A DNA stretch of 38,127 nucleotides from Candidatus Uhrbacteria bacterium (GCA_030688135.1 JAUYIW010000022.1:1-38127); one strand, 5' to 3'. Shown: positions 19,379 through 29,496, numbered from the stretch's first letter. Translations and numbers: made by a program. Notes: generated by a model from the letters alone, not told the origin.

Positions 19379-19525
19379 GTTTATTATGCATCACGAATGT
19401 TTATTATCGATTAACAATGTTTATTGTAAAACGCAGATGTTTATTATAATATCACTCCAATAAAACGAGCCGACAGTCAATAACCAATCGCTTACCGCCA
19501 ATAAACGAAGTCGCCAGCAATAAAC
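19379..19525. repeat. Phased 20-bp array: four GTTTATT then four inverted CAATAA copies
   Basis: GTTTATT at 19379, 19399, 19419, 19439; CAATAA at 19458, 19478, 19499, 19518. Confidence 0.75.
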
Positions 19526-19613
19526 TCCAGCCGTCAGAAAGTCATAAATTGACAATGAAGTTGTCATCCTGAGCGAACCGCAGTATTCAATTCCTCGCTC
19601 GGTATATTAGTAA

Positions 19614-19640
19614 CAATCTGTAGATCGGTAGGAACCTTGC
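19614..19640 (+). repeat. Dispersed ATCTGTA/ATCGGTAGG repeat copy
   Basis: CAATCTGTAGATCGGTAGGAACCTTGC, matches 6633-6659. Confidence 0.8.
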
Positions 19641-19650
19641 GGTATTAAAG

Positions 19651-19980
19651 CTAACGATCGTCACCACTACCGCCAATTGTGCCTCGCTGAAGACGAGAGT
19701 ACAGCTTTTCAATGTTTAATTCTGCAATCTCATCAAGAGAAAGATTAAGCTCGGTGGCAAGTTGAGCAACATACCAAAGAACATCGCCAAGTTCTTTTGT
19801 AACTTCGGCGCGCTTCTCATCCGTAACTTCCCCACCATCATCGCGAATTGTTTTTTTAAGCTTATCGGCAACCTCACCGGCCTCACCACAAAGTCCCATA
19901 ACTACATATGGAAAATTATTGCCTAAGTTTGGGTAAAGCGCAGTCTTGCGCGACTTTTTTTGGTATTCTTCAAAATTCAT
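19651..19980 (-). CDS. MazG-like nucleoside triphosphate pyrophosphohydrolase
   Basis: MNFEEYQ start, GLCGEAGEVADK, KELGDVLWYVAQLA, GSGDDR end. Confidence 0.9.
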   Translation of the reverse strand: MNFEEYQKKSRKTALYPNLGNNFPYVVMGLCGEAGEVADKLKKTIRDDGGEVTDEKRAEVTKELGDVLWYVAQLATELNLSLDEIAELNIEKLYSRLQRGTIGGSGDDR

Positions 19981-19981
19981 A

Positions 19982-20806
19982 TTAATGAAAATAGTTTCTT
20001 TGTGCTTTAGCAAAATCTATACCGGCTTTATTAGCTGCCACGCCCCATCCGTAAATTTCATCAATACGAGCTATTGCATCTTGTTGATCGGGTACATTGT
20101 TAAGTTTTTCTACTTCGTCTGAAGCAGTGTCATTATGTAATCCGATAACAAAATGAGCAGCTTCATGAGCTAATACTTCTGTATTAGCGGCAATGGCTAA
20201 ATTATAATTTACCAGTGCATTTGCCTCGTAATCGTCTGAGGAATTAATTGAAACCAATTCATCAATAGTGTAATCCTGTACCCAACGATTTTTCTCAAAA
20301 TCATCAAGTGAATAAGTAAATAAGTCTGTGTTAACATCAACAATAATACGGTTAGCTCGTTTATCAGCTTCTCCTGCTTGCGCATGATCACCTCTAGTTT
20401 GAACGCCACATTCTATATTAGCCGTGGCGACAACGTCTATCACGTCATTAGCTGAAACGGTTGCATCGGGCCATAATTCATTCATGGAATTTTGTACATC
20501 TTGAGGATGCTCTACCAACCAATTTACCATAGCTTCAATGTAGTCGCCTTCTGACTCTGTGCATTCTAAAATCTCATATTTATTACAACCGGTTAGAATT
20601 GAAAAAAGTAAGGCAGGAGCCATGGCCGATCCTATCTCTAAGGATTTTGACATTTTCGATGTAGCCTCCTTCATCTCTGGAATTTGATTATCTAATAGCG
20701 CTTTTGTCCACTTTAAAATAGAGCCAAAAAAAGCCTGGCTCACTTCCCTTTCTCGGGACTTTTCATTTTCAATTATAGGCCCTCTAAAACCTTCGCATGA
20801 TTTCAT
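19982..20806 (-). CDS. Hypothetical exported protein with HEXXH zinc-metallopeptidase motif
   Basis: Internal hydrophobic stretch ending ILTGC; VLAHEAAH. Confidence 0.6.
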   Translation of the reverse strand: MKSCEGFRGPIIENEKSREREVSQAFFGSILKWTKALLDNQIPEMKEATSKMSKSLEIGSAMAPALLFSILTGCNKYEILECTESEGDYIEAMVNWLVEHPQDVQNSMNELWPDATVSANDVIDVVATANIECGVQTRGDHAQAGEADKRANRIIVDVNTDLFTYSLDDFEKNRWVQDYTIDELVSINSSDDYEANALVNYNLAIAANTEVLAHEAAHFVIGLHNDTASDEVEKLNNVPDQQDAIARIDEIYGWGVAANKAGIDFAKAQRNYFH

Positions 20807-20895
20807 AATGTATATATTACCAGATAATTGAAGTTTTATAAAGCGATCTGAGACTTTACAATTAGAGTAATTTGATCTACAATCTTACACACTAT

Positions 20896-20972
20896 GGGCC
20901 CTTGGCGCAGTTGGCTAGCGCGCTTCCATGGCATGGAAGAGGTCACGGGTTCGAATCCCGTAGGGTCCACCA
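20896..20972 (+). tRNA. tRNA-Ala(GGC)
   Basis: Acceptor GGGCCCT/AGGGTCC with G3:U70, anticodon arm CTTCC-ATGGCAT-GGAAG, GGTTCGAATCC T-arm, encoded CCA. Confidence 0.98.
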
Positions 20973-21177
20973 TCAAACATCTCTCCTGAATGGAGGGATT
21001 TTTGTTTTGCGCGAAATGCGCTTCTTTACTGTATAAGTTGGCGGTTTTGTTGATCTGTATGCGGTTCGAACTTTAGGGAGACCATTTGGCTAGTTTGAGG
21101 AAGTTGAAAGATGAAAGTGGCTTAGACTGGAGAGAAAATACCTTTTGGTTTGTGGTTCGAACTAAACTTCAAATAAT

Positions 21178-21726
21178 CTATTTATAAAACAGTTCATGGT
21201 TGCGAAGCTCTTTCTTAATATCTAAATAATTTGGAAGGGCCTTCCCTACAAGTGCCCAGAATTTTCTTGAGTGATTGAATTCTTTCAAATGACACATTTC
21301 ATGTACGATAATGTAGTCTTGGTGTTTTTGTGGTAAAAATACTATTTTGTAATTCAAATTTAGATTTTGTTTACACGAGCAACTACCCCAACGAGTCTTT
21401 TGATTTTTAATGAAGATCTTATTGAAAGAAAAGCTATAGACTTTGTTATAAAATCTCACCCGTTCATGCACCAAAGCAAGCGCTTTATCTTTGTTTTCCA
21501 AATAATCCTTGTGTGAGAATGTGCGAATTGCATTACTATCAACACTATTGAAAAATTGAATTTTATCCCACACCCACTGTTTTTTATCAGTGAGAAATTT
21601 CTCAATCAGCGATTGCTGTATTCCAAAAGGACTTGTAATAACAACACTGCCATCACAATACACAGCAAGTCGTAGCCTTTTTGCTCTTTTACTTCTTTTG
21701 AGTTTATATGGGATTTCCTTTTCCAT
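21178..21726 (-). CDS. M48/YgjP (DUF45)-family metallopeptidase
   Basis: KTRWGSCS, YIIVHEMCHLKEFNHSRKFW; usual position after hsdR. Confidence 0.9.
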   Translation of the reverse strand: MEKEIPYKLKRSKRAKRLRLAVYCDGSVVITSPFGIQQSLIEKFLTDKKQWVWDKIQFFNSVDSNAIRTFSHKDYLENKDKALALVHERVRFYNKVYSFSFNKIFIKNQKTRWGSCSCKQNLNLNYKIVFLPQKHQDYIIVHEMCHLKEFNHSRKFWALVGKALPNYLDIKKELRNHELFYK

Positions 21727-21731
21727 AATAC

Positions 21732-24647
21732 CTAGAATTTTTTAGTGATGATGTCCACCAGTCGATTCAAGAATTTCGGGAAGTCTTTTACATTAAATCG
21801 ACCTTTATAATCCCGCAGAATCAGTTCTTGCAAGGTTTGTTTGATGTCTTTAACAAACACATCTCGCTTTGAGGATTCCTGCCATCCACTATCTAGATCA
21901 TCCTCGATACGGATTCGAAGTTCTTTAACAAATTCCTTAATTTCCTCATCTTTTCCACCATCAACAAATTCTTGTGAGATGACATAAAGGGCGTATTCTT
22001 TCAAATCAAGCCCCAAATCTTTCGCCTCATCGCCCTTTGTCTTGATATCGCTCATCAATTCTTCATAGCGACGAATTCGTTCTGCAAGGTCAATTTGATT
22101 TTGCTCAAACTCGCGACGAATAGCTGTTAGTCGTTCGCTAAACTTCTGATAGGCGGGATTTTCATCAAGATTGATTGATATCTCCTGTTTGAGCATCTTC
22201 TCAAGATTGAGCGCCTTTTCTTCTTCATCCATTCCTTTGAGTCGCTCAAGTGTGTATAAATCATTTACGCGAAGTTCGCGGAAATTTTTGGTGATTCCTT
22301 CATAGTCAATAATATTGCTCTTAGTAATGAGCTCACGGACTTTCTCTCCATATTCTTCAAGTAAGTATCTATCATCCTCACTTCGGAATTCTTTCAAAAA
22401 GGCCAGATAGAAACTGGTCACCCATTCAAATGGGCGAATGTATTGCTTCAAGAATGGATCAGGAGAGAGAAACTCAAACAAGCTCTTGAGTTTCATGTAT
22501 TTCTCAACAAAGTATTTCTGCTTGTCTTGATTATCAATAAAAATCTTCAAACATCGACGAAGATTATCCATAGATGGATCTTCAATATTTACTCCCGTAA
22601 ATACTTTCATTACATCACTCAAAACATCAGAGAATCTCGCTTTCACTCGTTCAATATCAATCATCGCAGAATCAACGACATCTTCGTCAAAATCAAGCGC
22701 ATCATAGAGGTTACGGGTAATTCCGTAGTAGTCAATAATTTTTCCTGCTTCCTTGTTTTTATAGACACGATTCGTACGTGCAATCGCTTGCAGGAGGTTA
22801 TGATCGCGGAGCGGTTTATCGAGATACATAACTTGCTCAATCGGTGCGTCAAAACCAGTAAGTAGCATGTCGCAAACCAAAAGGAATTTCAGGGATGATT
22901 TTGGGTCTTTGAATTTCTCAATGATTTGCTCTCGTTCACGCTTGCTCGTGTTATAGACTTTCAAATCATCTGCATCACTATTTGGGTCTCCGGGGGAATA
23001 CACTACAGCCGACCATTCGGCAGGCACGAGCTTATCTAAGAGTTTTTTGTAGGTCGCTACTGCTTCGCGGTCATACGCAACAACCTGCCCCTTAAAGCCG
23101 TTTGGCTCCACATAGAGCTTATAATGCTCCACGATGTCCCTTGCCACGGCTTCCATACGTTTTGGGAGCTTCACCAGCGCCGCTTTTTTGCCATACTTCT
23201 TGATGAGTTCAGTCTTTTGTTTATCAGGCAAATCGCCAGCAATTTCTTCAAACTGTTGGTCAAGTTTTTCTTCATCAATAGAAAACTTTGAAAGTCGTGC
23301 TTCATAGGTCACTGGAATTGTCGCGCCGTCATCAATAGCTTGCTGGATAGAGTAGTAGTCAAGATATCGCTTTCCGTCTCCCTCGTAGTTTCGGAAAGTG
23401 TTTGTGTGCGTCTTGTCTACTGGCGTTCCAGTAAATCCAAAGAAGAACGCCTTTTTGAATGCATTGCGCATATTGATGCCCGACACGCCTTCGTCGCCTC
23501 GGTGTGCTTCGTCAGAAAGAACGATCACATTTTCATCCAGATTTTTTACTTTGTCGCCAAGTTCAGAAAACTTTTGAATGGTCGTGATGAATATGCCTTT
23601 CTCTGGCGACTGTATTTTTTCCTCCAAATCTTTGCGGGAAGTGACGCGTACAATATTTTTTCCACCTGCATTGGTAAATGTCTCAAATATCTGGTCATCC
23701 AAGTCCACTCGATCAACCAAAATAAATACTTTCGGATTGGCGAGCTGTTTATTGAAACGCAGTTTCCACGCAGTGAAATACATGGTGAGCGTTTTGCCTG
23801 ACCCTTGTGTGTGCCAAATGAGCCCTTGTCGCTTCTCTTTGCTTACTACACGCTCCACAATTTTATTCGTTGCCCGCATCTGCTGGTAACGAGCAATTTT
23901 CTTCACCAATTTCTCATTTTCCTTTTCAAACAAAATAAAGTTTTGGACAATATCCAAGAAGTTTTTCTTTGAGAGAAGTGAGAAAAGGGTCATCTCAAGC
24001 TCGCCACCAAGCTCTTTCTCAATATCTTCGTCTCGCCACTGAAGAAAGTATTGTTTTGGTGCGCCCGTTGCTCCGTAGACGGTTTTGAGTCCGTCACTGG
24101 CAATATTGAAACAGTTTGGGATAAACAGCTTGCGAGCTACTTTTTCATATCGTTTGAGCTGGTCAATACCATTTTCAAAACTCACTCCCTCCGAAGCGGT
24201 AGGACTTTTTGCCTCAATATCCACAAGCGGAAGTCCGTTCACAAAAATCAAAATATCGGGACGGATATTTTCGGTATCTCCTTCAAAATAAAATTGATTG
24301 GTAACAACAAATTGATTATTTTCTGGATTACTAAAATCAAGTAGTTTATAGTCGTGCTTTTTCCCTGTAACGGAATTCTTGAGGTTGATACCGTCTCGTA
24401 GTACTTTCAGGAATTCTTCGTTATTATCAATCTTCCTGACTTCGCGAATTACATTCTTAATCTCGCTCTCGTTCGCAGTAGGATTGAGCGCAGAAATAGC
24501 ACTCTTCAAAAGCGGCGTGATAATGTATTCAGTCTCAAGTTCGCGATATTTCGCAAACTCTTCCGGCTTTATGTACTCAAAGCCAAGCTTATCCTTAATA
24601 AACTTGATGATATAATTTTCTACTGTAACTTGTTCGTTAAATTTCAT
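21732..24647 (-). CDS. hsdR: Type I restriction endonuclease subunit R
   Basis: RPD...NGLPLVDIEAK nuclease motif, WHTQGSGKT, DEAHR, MLLTGFDAP, QAIARTNR. Confidence 0.96.
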   Translation of the reverse strand: MKFNEQVTVENYIIKFIKDKLGFEYIKPEEFAKYRELETEYIITPLLKSAISALNPTANESEIKNVIREVRKIDNNEEFLKVLRDGINLKNSVTGKKHDYKLLDFSNPENNQFVVTNQFYFEGDTENIRPDILIFVNGLPLVDIEAKSPTASEGVSFENGIDQLKRYEKVARKLFIPNCFNIASDGLKTVYGATGAPKQYFLQWRDEDIEKELGGELEMTLFSLLSKKNFLDIVQNFILFEKENEKLVKKIARYQQMRATNKIVERVVSKEKRQGLIWHTQGSGKTLTMYFTAWKLRFNKQLANPKVFILVDRVDLDDQIFETFTNAGGKNIVRVTSRKDLEEKIQSPEKGIFITTIQKFSELGDKVKNLDENVIVLSDEAHRGDEGVSGINMRNAFKKAFFFGFTGTPVDKTHTNTFRNYEGDGKRYLDYYSIQQAIDDGATIPVTYEARLSKFSIDEEKLDQQFEEIAGDLPDKQKTELIKKYGKKAALVKLPKRMEAVARDIVEHYKLYVEPNGFKGQVVAYDREAVATYKKLLDKLVPAEWSAVVYSPGDPNSDADDLKVYNTSKREREQIIEKFKDPKSSLKFLLVCDMLLTGFDAPIEQVMYLDKPLRDHNLLQAIARTNRVYKNKEAGKIIDYYGITRNLYDALDFDEDVVDSAMIDIERVKARFSDVLSDVMKVFTGVNIEDPSMDNLRRCLKIFIDNQDKQKYFVEKYMKLKSLFEFLSPDPFLKQYIRPFEWVTSFYLAFLKEFRSEDDRYLLEEYGEKVRELITKSNIIDYEGITKNFRELRVNDLYTLERLKGMDEEEKALNLEKMLKQEISINLDENPAYQKFSERLTAIRREFEQNQIDLAERIRRYEELMSDIKTKGDEAKDLGLDLKEYALYVISQEFVDGGKDEEIKEFVKELRIRIEDDLDSGWQESSKRDVFVKDIKQTLQELILRDYKGRFNVKDFPKFLNRLVDIITKKF

Positions 24648-24649
24648 AA

Positions 24650-25492
24650 TTATTTATCCAGTTTGTCGGGTTTCTTCAGCCCCTTAGTTTCTTCGGACTT
24701 CAGCTTTCTCTCCACCTTTTTAATATCTTCCTCCGCGGGCAATCTTTCAGGCGTAATTCCACGACTCAACAGTGTCTTTCTCACACTTTGATTGTTTGTG
24801 ATGTGTTCTTCCGAAATAGACTGTTCAGATCGCAATCTTTTTTCTTTCGAATTAAAGATAGTGATCTCAGTCGCAAAATCTTTCGCTTTCAAAAGAATTG
24901 TCGGCTGAAAATCTGCGAGCGCGCGACTATCTGGTACTCCGAGCCTAGCTTTCATCTCTTGGGTGGTATAGCCAAATAACGCTTTATCTCCCTTGCTTCG
25001 AATCAATCCAAAATTTCTGTCGCTTCCTGTTTGCTCAAAGATAACACCTGAAAGCTTTTTCTCGGTCTCTGTCAATTTGTGTCGAGCTAGTAACCTTTCA
25101 GAGTCTTGAATGCGTTTCTCGATAACCTCGAACTTCCGCGTCTGTACCGCAAAGTAATTTTGTGCAAAAGCTATTTGTTCTTTTCGAGGATCACCGTTTT
25201 GGGCTATGAGGTAACAAGCATATCTAGTGAGCATGACATCCAGTATCTCTTTCTGAGCTCCTTTGGGCATTTGGATCGTTTTCCCAGCGTCGGCAAAATG
25301 ATCCGATACCTTGTGACCCGTGTTTTCACAGGCTATTTTGGCCTTTGAAATAACACCCAAAAAGTTGTCCCACTTGTCATAGCCAAGGAGTTGTTGCAAA
25401 TCACGAGCAAGCCAGAACTCTACGCCATTGTCTGTTTTATTGGCATATTGCTCAAAATTATTCGTTAACGATTGTATAATTTCTTTTTTCAT
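24650..25492 (-). CDS. dinD: DNA damage-inducible protein D (DinD-like, Bro-N-type N-terminus)
   Basis: EFWLARDLQQLLGY, LTRYACYLIAQNGDPRKEQIAFAQNYFAVQTR, LPAEEDIKKVER. Confidence 0.88.
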   Translation of the reverse strand: MKKEIIQSLTNNFEQYANKTDNGVEFWLARDLQQLLGYDKWDNFLGVISKAKIACENTGHKVSDHFADAGKTIQMPKGAQKEILDVMLTRYACYLIAQNGDPRKEQIAFAQNYFAVQTRKFEVIEKRIQDSERLLARHKLTETEKKLSGVIFEQTGSDRNFGLIRSKGDKALFGYTTQEMKARLGVPDSRALADFQPTILLKAKDFATEITIFNSKEKRLRSEQSISEEHITNNQSVRKTLLSRGITPERLPAEEDIKKVERKLKSEETKGLKKPDKLDK

Positions 25493-25494
25493 AG

Positions 25495-25740
25495 TTATTT
25501 TTTCTTTTTTCCAACTCTAATAATCGGATCAAGATTATTTTTCTTTTTGCGATCAGGATTTGACTGTAGAAATTTTGCTTGTCCTTTTCTTTTTACAGTG
25601 TGGTAACCAGGCAAATTTCCTGCGTCGGCTTTTTTAATTAATTCCTTATTTTGTTTTTCAGTAAGATTCTTTAAATCTATAGAGCGAACATTTCTACCTG
25701 TCGATGTCTCTTTTATTGTTTTGTGTGTTTTATTTTTCAT
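25495..25740 (-). CDS. Small basic protein, DUF3892-like
   Basis: C-terminal FLQSNPD....NNLD resembles the DUF3892 signature; 81 aa, tightly packed in the operon. Confidence 0.6.
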   Translation of the reverse strand: MKNKTHKTIKETSTGRNVRSIDLKNLTEKQNKELIKKADAGNLPGYHTVKRKGQAKFLQSNPDRKKKNNLDPIIRVGKKKK

Positions 25741-25757
25741 AAGCGCTTTATTATTTG

Positions 25758-27038
25758 TTAATTTTTAACTCTCACCCTCCCACTCAATAAATCCTGCATC
25801 AGACCTTTTTTGAGGAGGGTAAGTTTTTCTTTTAATTTCTTATTGATCAAAATTTTCTCATTTACCGCTGATATTATATTGGCAATTTCTCTTTGTTCCG
25901 AAATTGGTATCAGTGGGATTTCTACTTGCTCAAGGCTCCCGACAGGAAGCTGTGGTTGAGCAGAGCCAGATCCCATACTTGAATACTTCGCCTCCATTTG
26001 CGGACTTGAAAAATATCTATATAAAAACACCGGGTCAAATTGATCTCCATGTCGCACTATAAGCATCCCAGAGTTAATACGGATATTATCAAAGGAAATT
26101 TTCTCATCGTAATATGCGACATTTCCAACAGTTCCTCTTGAAGTCAAAATAATATCTCCTCGCTCGAGCTTACCTTTTCGCAATGCTCGGTCTTTTTCTT
26201 GGGAGATAAAGCTTGCCTCATCAAAAATGAATCCGTTTTTGCTCACATTTTTAGCACTAAGAAACAGACAGAATCCTTCGGGTGAGAAATCTTCTTGTTT
26301 TGGATAATTCGTACCTCTGTCTCCATCAATTAACTTTATCGAGGAATTTCTTATGCTTACCACGTCCCACTCCTTAGGAATCTGTCCGATTTTTGTTTCC
26401 TTGAATTTTGTATGCCCAATCCCGCGAGTAAAAAGCTGTTGCATCAACCCGCGCTTGAGCTTTTCTGTCGCCTCAATCACTCCCTGCGTTTTCGCAATAT
26501 CCTCATCCACCGCCCCCAAAATCTCCGCAATTTTTTTCTGTTCTTTTTTTGATTTAGGAATGACAATTTCTAGATTTTTTATGTTACTTCCATACAAATG
26601 GACTATGGTTGTACCTTGCCCAAGTTTTCCGATTTCATTTTTTTTGTAATGAGTTAGATAGTATGCTAGGAAATTCGGATCATACGAATCAGCCTTTTTT
26701 CTCAAAATATTTATATCACCACCTAAAAGCACCGCATTTTCATTTAGTGCTGAGGCAATCGCGAGATCTCTAGCAACTGTTGTTGTAGATCCAGGAATAA
26801 GTATGTCACCATTGACTGAAGGAATACCCGCGTTTGAATTAGTCCTACTTTTTACATCTTCAATAACTTCGTCGTAAGTCGTAAATAGTTCCCCATACAG
26901 AACGCACTTATTTTTACCAGATGGGTCAATATCTTTTTTTGAGAGACCCTGTCCCTTCATGACATAGCAAATATCATCAACAAAAGTACTTTGCCATCCG
27001 TTCGGAATATTTTGTTGTGCTGTATTATTTTTTGTCAT
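25758..27038 (-). CDS. hsdS: Type I RM specificity subunit S
   Basis: Two TRDs, IPNGW/IPKEW, EQKKIAEIL/EQREIANII, LKRGLMQQL/KKGLMQDLLSG. Confidence 0.95.
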   Translation of the reverse strand: MTKNNTAQQNIPNGWQSTFVDDICYVMKGQGLSKKDIDPSGKNKCVLYGELFTTYDEVIEDVKSRTNSNAGIPSVNGDILIPGSTTTVARDLAIASALNENAVLLGGDINILRKKADSYDPNFLAYYLTHYKKNEIGKLGQGTTIVHLYGSNIKNLEIVIPKSKKEQKKIAEILGAVDEDIAKTQGVIEATEKLKRGLMQQLFTRGIGHTKFKETKIGQIPKEWDVVSIRNSSIKLIDGDRGTNYPKQEDFSPEGFCLFLSAKNVSKNGFIFDEASFISQEKDRALRKGKLERGDIILTSRGTVGNVAYYDEKISFDNIRINSGMLIVRHGDQFDPVFLYRYFSSPQMEAKYSSMGSGSAQPQLPVGSLEQVEIPLIPISEQREIANIISAVNEKILINKKLKEKLTLLKKGLMQDLLSGRVRVKN

Positions 27039-27780
27039 GTTTTGGTTTATGTTTCGATAGATGTGGGTCGGAAAGCATCACCTCCTTGAGGCGATCATTT
27101 TCTGTCTTCAAAATTTTCATCTTTTCAAGAAAATCTTCTTGAAATTCAAAAATGTTGAAGTCTTTGTTTACGCCATAAAATAAATCTAGTGCACCCATTA
27201 CTAAGTTCGCTGTAGCCCAAAGATCGGTTTTAATATGGCGGTCTTCTGAGCAATCAAAAAATTGTGTTTTAAATTTACCATCAACAAGACCCGAAGATGT
27301 CCGGTGAGCGTCTACAATATTTGCATGTGATGATAGTGCGTTGGTTTGACCTTTGTATTGTTTCAAAGACGCACTTCCGTCAGGGTATTTCTCATCAAGC
27401 CATTTATACATTTTTTTCTTCAAGTCATCATTGGGGTTCATCATTCCGTCCTCATCAATCAATGCAAACTTCTCTTTGTCTTTTTCAGGATCATTTTTAC
27501 CAATCGCAAATGATCCCCAGGCGGCTGCTTCTGATGCAAACCTAAGGTTAAAATTTGTCTGTATGTGATGGAAACGAACTGCTGATAAAAAAGCTAGTAT
27601 AATATGCTTCTGAAATGAACTGAGAAAAAGTAAAAAGTAAAAACTATTCGGATCAACTTTTTTTATAAACGAGTGGGCAAAATCCACCGCATACTCTGCG
27701 TGCAGAAAAAACTCCTCATTCATTAACTTGGCATTTTGAACTAATTCGTTTTCAGATTTTGAAATTTCTGCGACATTCAT
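27025..27780 (-). CDS. Hypothetical all-alpha protein between hsdM and hsdS (weak DUF5677/HEPN-like resemblance)
   Basis: 251-aa ORF coupled to both neighbours; LRxxxE and LSSH motifs. Confidence 0.65.
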   Translation of the reverse strand: MNVAEISKSENELVQNAKLMNEEFFLHAEYAVDFAHSFIKKVDPNSFYFLLFLSSFQKHIILAFLSAVRFHHIQTNFNLRFASEAAAWGSFAIGKNDPEKDKEKFALIDEDGMMNPNDDLKKKMYKWLDEKYPDGSASLKQYKGQTNALSSHANIVDAHRTSSGLVDGKFKTQFFDCSEDRHIKTDLWATANLVMGALDLFYGVNKDFNIFEFQEDFLEKMKILKTENDRLKEVMLSDPHLSKHKPKHDKK

Positions 27781-27783
27781 AAA

Positions 27784-29493
27784 TTAATATTTCAGTTCTT
27801 TTAGATACATCTCGACCTTTTTATCAATTGCTTCGCGATCTTTTTCAATTTCTTTCACCTCGCTCCACACGGTTTTTACATCCACCACCACCTCATCCTC
27901 AGCATTTTCTACATAGCGACGAACATTAAGATTGAATTCATTTTCCTCAAGCTCCTTAATATCTACGACACGAGCATATTTTTCAATATCTCGGTATTCC
28001 TTAAATGCTGATACCATTTTCTCGATGTCCTTCTTGCGAAGGCGGTTTTGATTTTTGCCTTCCTCATAGTCTTGCTCTGCATCAATGATGAGAATTTTGT
28101 TCTTATGAGCTTCTGGTTTGTTTTTGTTGAATATCACAATCGCCGCTGGAATACCTGTGCCGTAGAAAAGCTTTGCGGGGAGCGCGACGATGGCTTCAAT
28201 CAGGTCATTTTTGATAAGTTCTTCACGGATACGTCCCTCGGCACCACCACGGAAAAGTACGCCATGTGGAAGCACGATACCGGCGCGCCCGTTTTCATTC
28301 ATTGACTTCACCATATGAAGCACGAAAGCATAGTCGGCTTTTTTTGCTGGAGGCATTTCGTAGCCAGCCACTCGTCCGTATTTGTCAGATTTAAATATCT
28401 CGTATTCCCACTCCTTGATTGAGTACGGAGGATTTGCAACGCAAATATCGAACGTCTTAAGCGAACCGTCCGGGTTTAGAAATTTTGGATCGGCGAGTGT
28501 ATCTCCGCGCTGAATATCGGCGCTATCGAGCCCGTGGAGGAACATATTGATTTTTGCAATCGCGTATGTCCCGATATTGATTTCTTGCCCATAGAGATAG
28601 AGCGATCGAGCTTTCTTTTCTCCCGCTTCATTTTTGAGATAATGATACGCCTCCAATAAGAAGCCGCCTGAACCAACAGCCATGTCATAGATATGGTCTT
28701 TCTCGTGTGGTTTCAAAATGTTTATAATCACACGCTCAACTTCACGAGGGGTATAGAATTCTCCGCCTTTTTTGCCCGCATCCGCTGCGAACTGCTCAAT
28801 AAGATATTCGTATGCGTCCCCTAGGAGATCAGAACTTATATAAGTATCTCCGAAATTGTGTTGTGAGAAATGATTGATGAGACGCTGGAGCGTTTCGTTG
28901 GGAAATTTGTCTTTGTTAGCAAAATCTAAGTCGTCAAAAATCTTGTCCAGTTTTGGACTATTTGCGTTTGTGAGTTTATCAAAAATCTCATTGAGCTTTT
29001 GACCAATGCCACCAGCTTGTTTTTGGACTACTTCCCAGCGACAATCTTTTGGAACTTGAAAACGATGATTGTGATCTGCTCGTGCGACTTCTTCATCGTG
29101 ATATTCTTCAAGGAATTTTTTATATTCCTCATCCCAAGAATCACTTATGCGTTTATAAAAAAGAAGTCCGAAAATATATTTCTTATAATCCGAGCTATCA
29201 ATTTTTCCACGCAAGATGTCCGCACTTCTCCAAAGAAACTGCTTTAATTGAGTGAGATTCATTTTCCCTGCGTCGTCTGTAAGTGAGGCATTGAAACCTT
29301 TCATGATACTTTTGTCATTCGCAATTCGCTCGATGTCTTCGGGACGATATTTTCGATCGCCGCGAGGACCAACACGCAGAGGGGTGATGAGCCCCTTTTT
29401 CTCCCAATTACGAAGCGTGTCTTGGTGAATACCAAAAATGCTTGATACTTCGCTAATTGAAAGTAATGCCTTCTCGTTTAATGTTTTTTTCAT
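27784..29493 (-). CDS. hsdM: Type I RM methyltransferase subunit M with N-terminal MerR-type HTH
   Basis: LSISEVSSIFGIHQDTLRNWEKKG...GDRKY HTH; GEFYTPR, AVGSGGF, NPPY. Confidence 0.95.
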   Translation of the reverse strand: MKKTLNEKALLSISEVSSIFGIHQDTLRNWEKKGLITPLRVGPRGDRKYRPEDIERIANDKSIMKGFNASLTDDAGKMNLTQLKQFLWRSADILRGKIDSSDYKKYIFGLLFYKRISDSWDEEYKKFLEEYHDEEVARADHNHRFQVPKDCRWEVVQKQAGGIGQKLNEIFDKLTNANSPKLDKIFDDLDFANKDKFPNETLQRLINHFSQHNFGDTYISSDLLGDAYEYLIEQFAADAGKKGGEFYTPREVERVIINILKPHEKDHIYDMAVGSGGFLLEAYHYLKNEAGEKKARSLYLYGQEINIGTYAIAKINMFLHGLDSADIQRGDTLADPKFLNPDGSLKTFDICVANPPYSIKEWEYEIFKSDKYGRVAGYEMPPAKKADYAFVLHMVKSMNENGRAGIVLPHGVLFRGGAEGRIREELIKNDLIEAIVALPAKLFYGTGIPAAIVIFNKNKPEAHKNKILIIDAEQDYEEGKNQNRLRKKDIEKMVSAFKEYRDIEKYARVVDIKELEENEFNLNVRRYVENAEDEVVVDVKTVWSEVKEIEKDREAIDKKVEMYLKELKY

Positions 29494-29496
29494 ATT

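Noticed and set aside
21060-21165. Two GGTTCGAACT copies as att sites or an integrase remnant
   Set aside because: Only a short match to the tRNA T-loop and no recognisable recombinase frame
22443-24615. Plus-strand ORFs inside hsdR, and similar antisense ORFs in clpB, gltX and hsdM
   Set aside because: Shadow frames of well-supported genes with no motifs of their own
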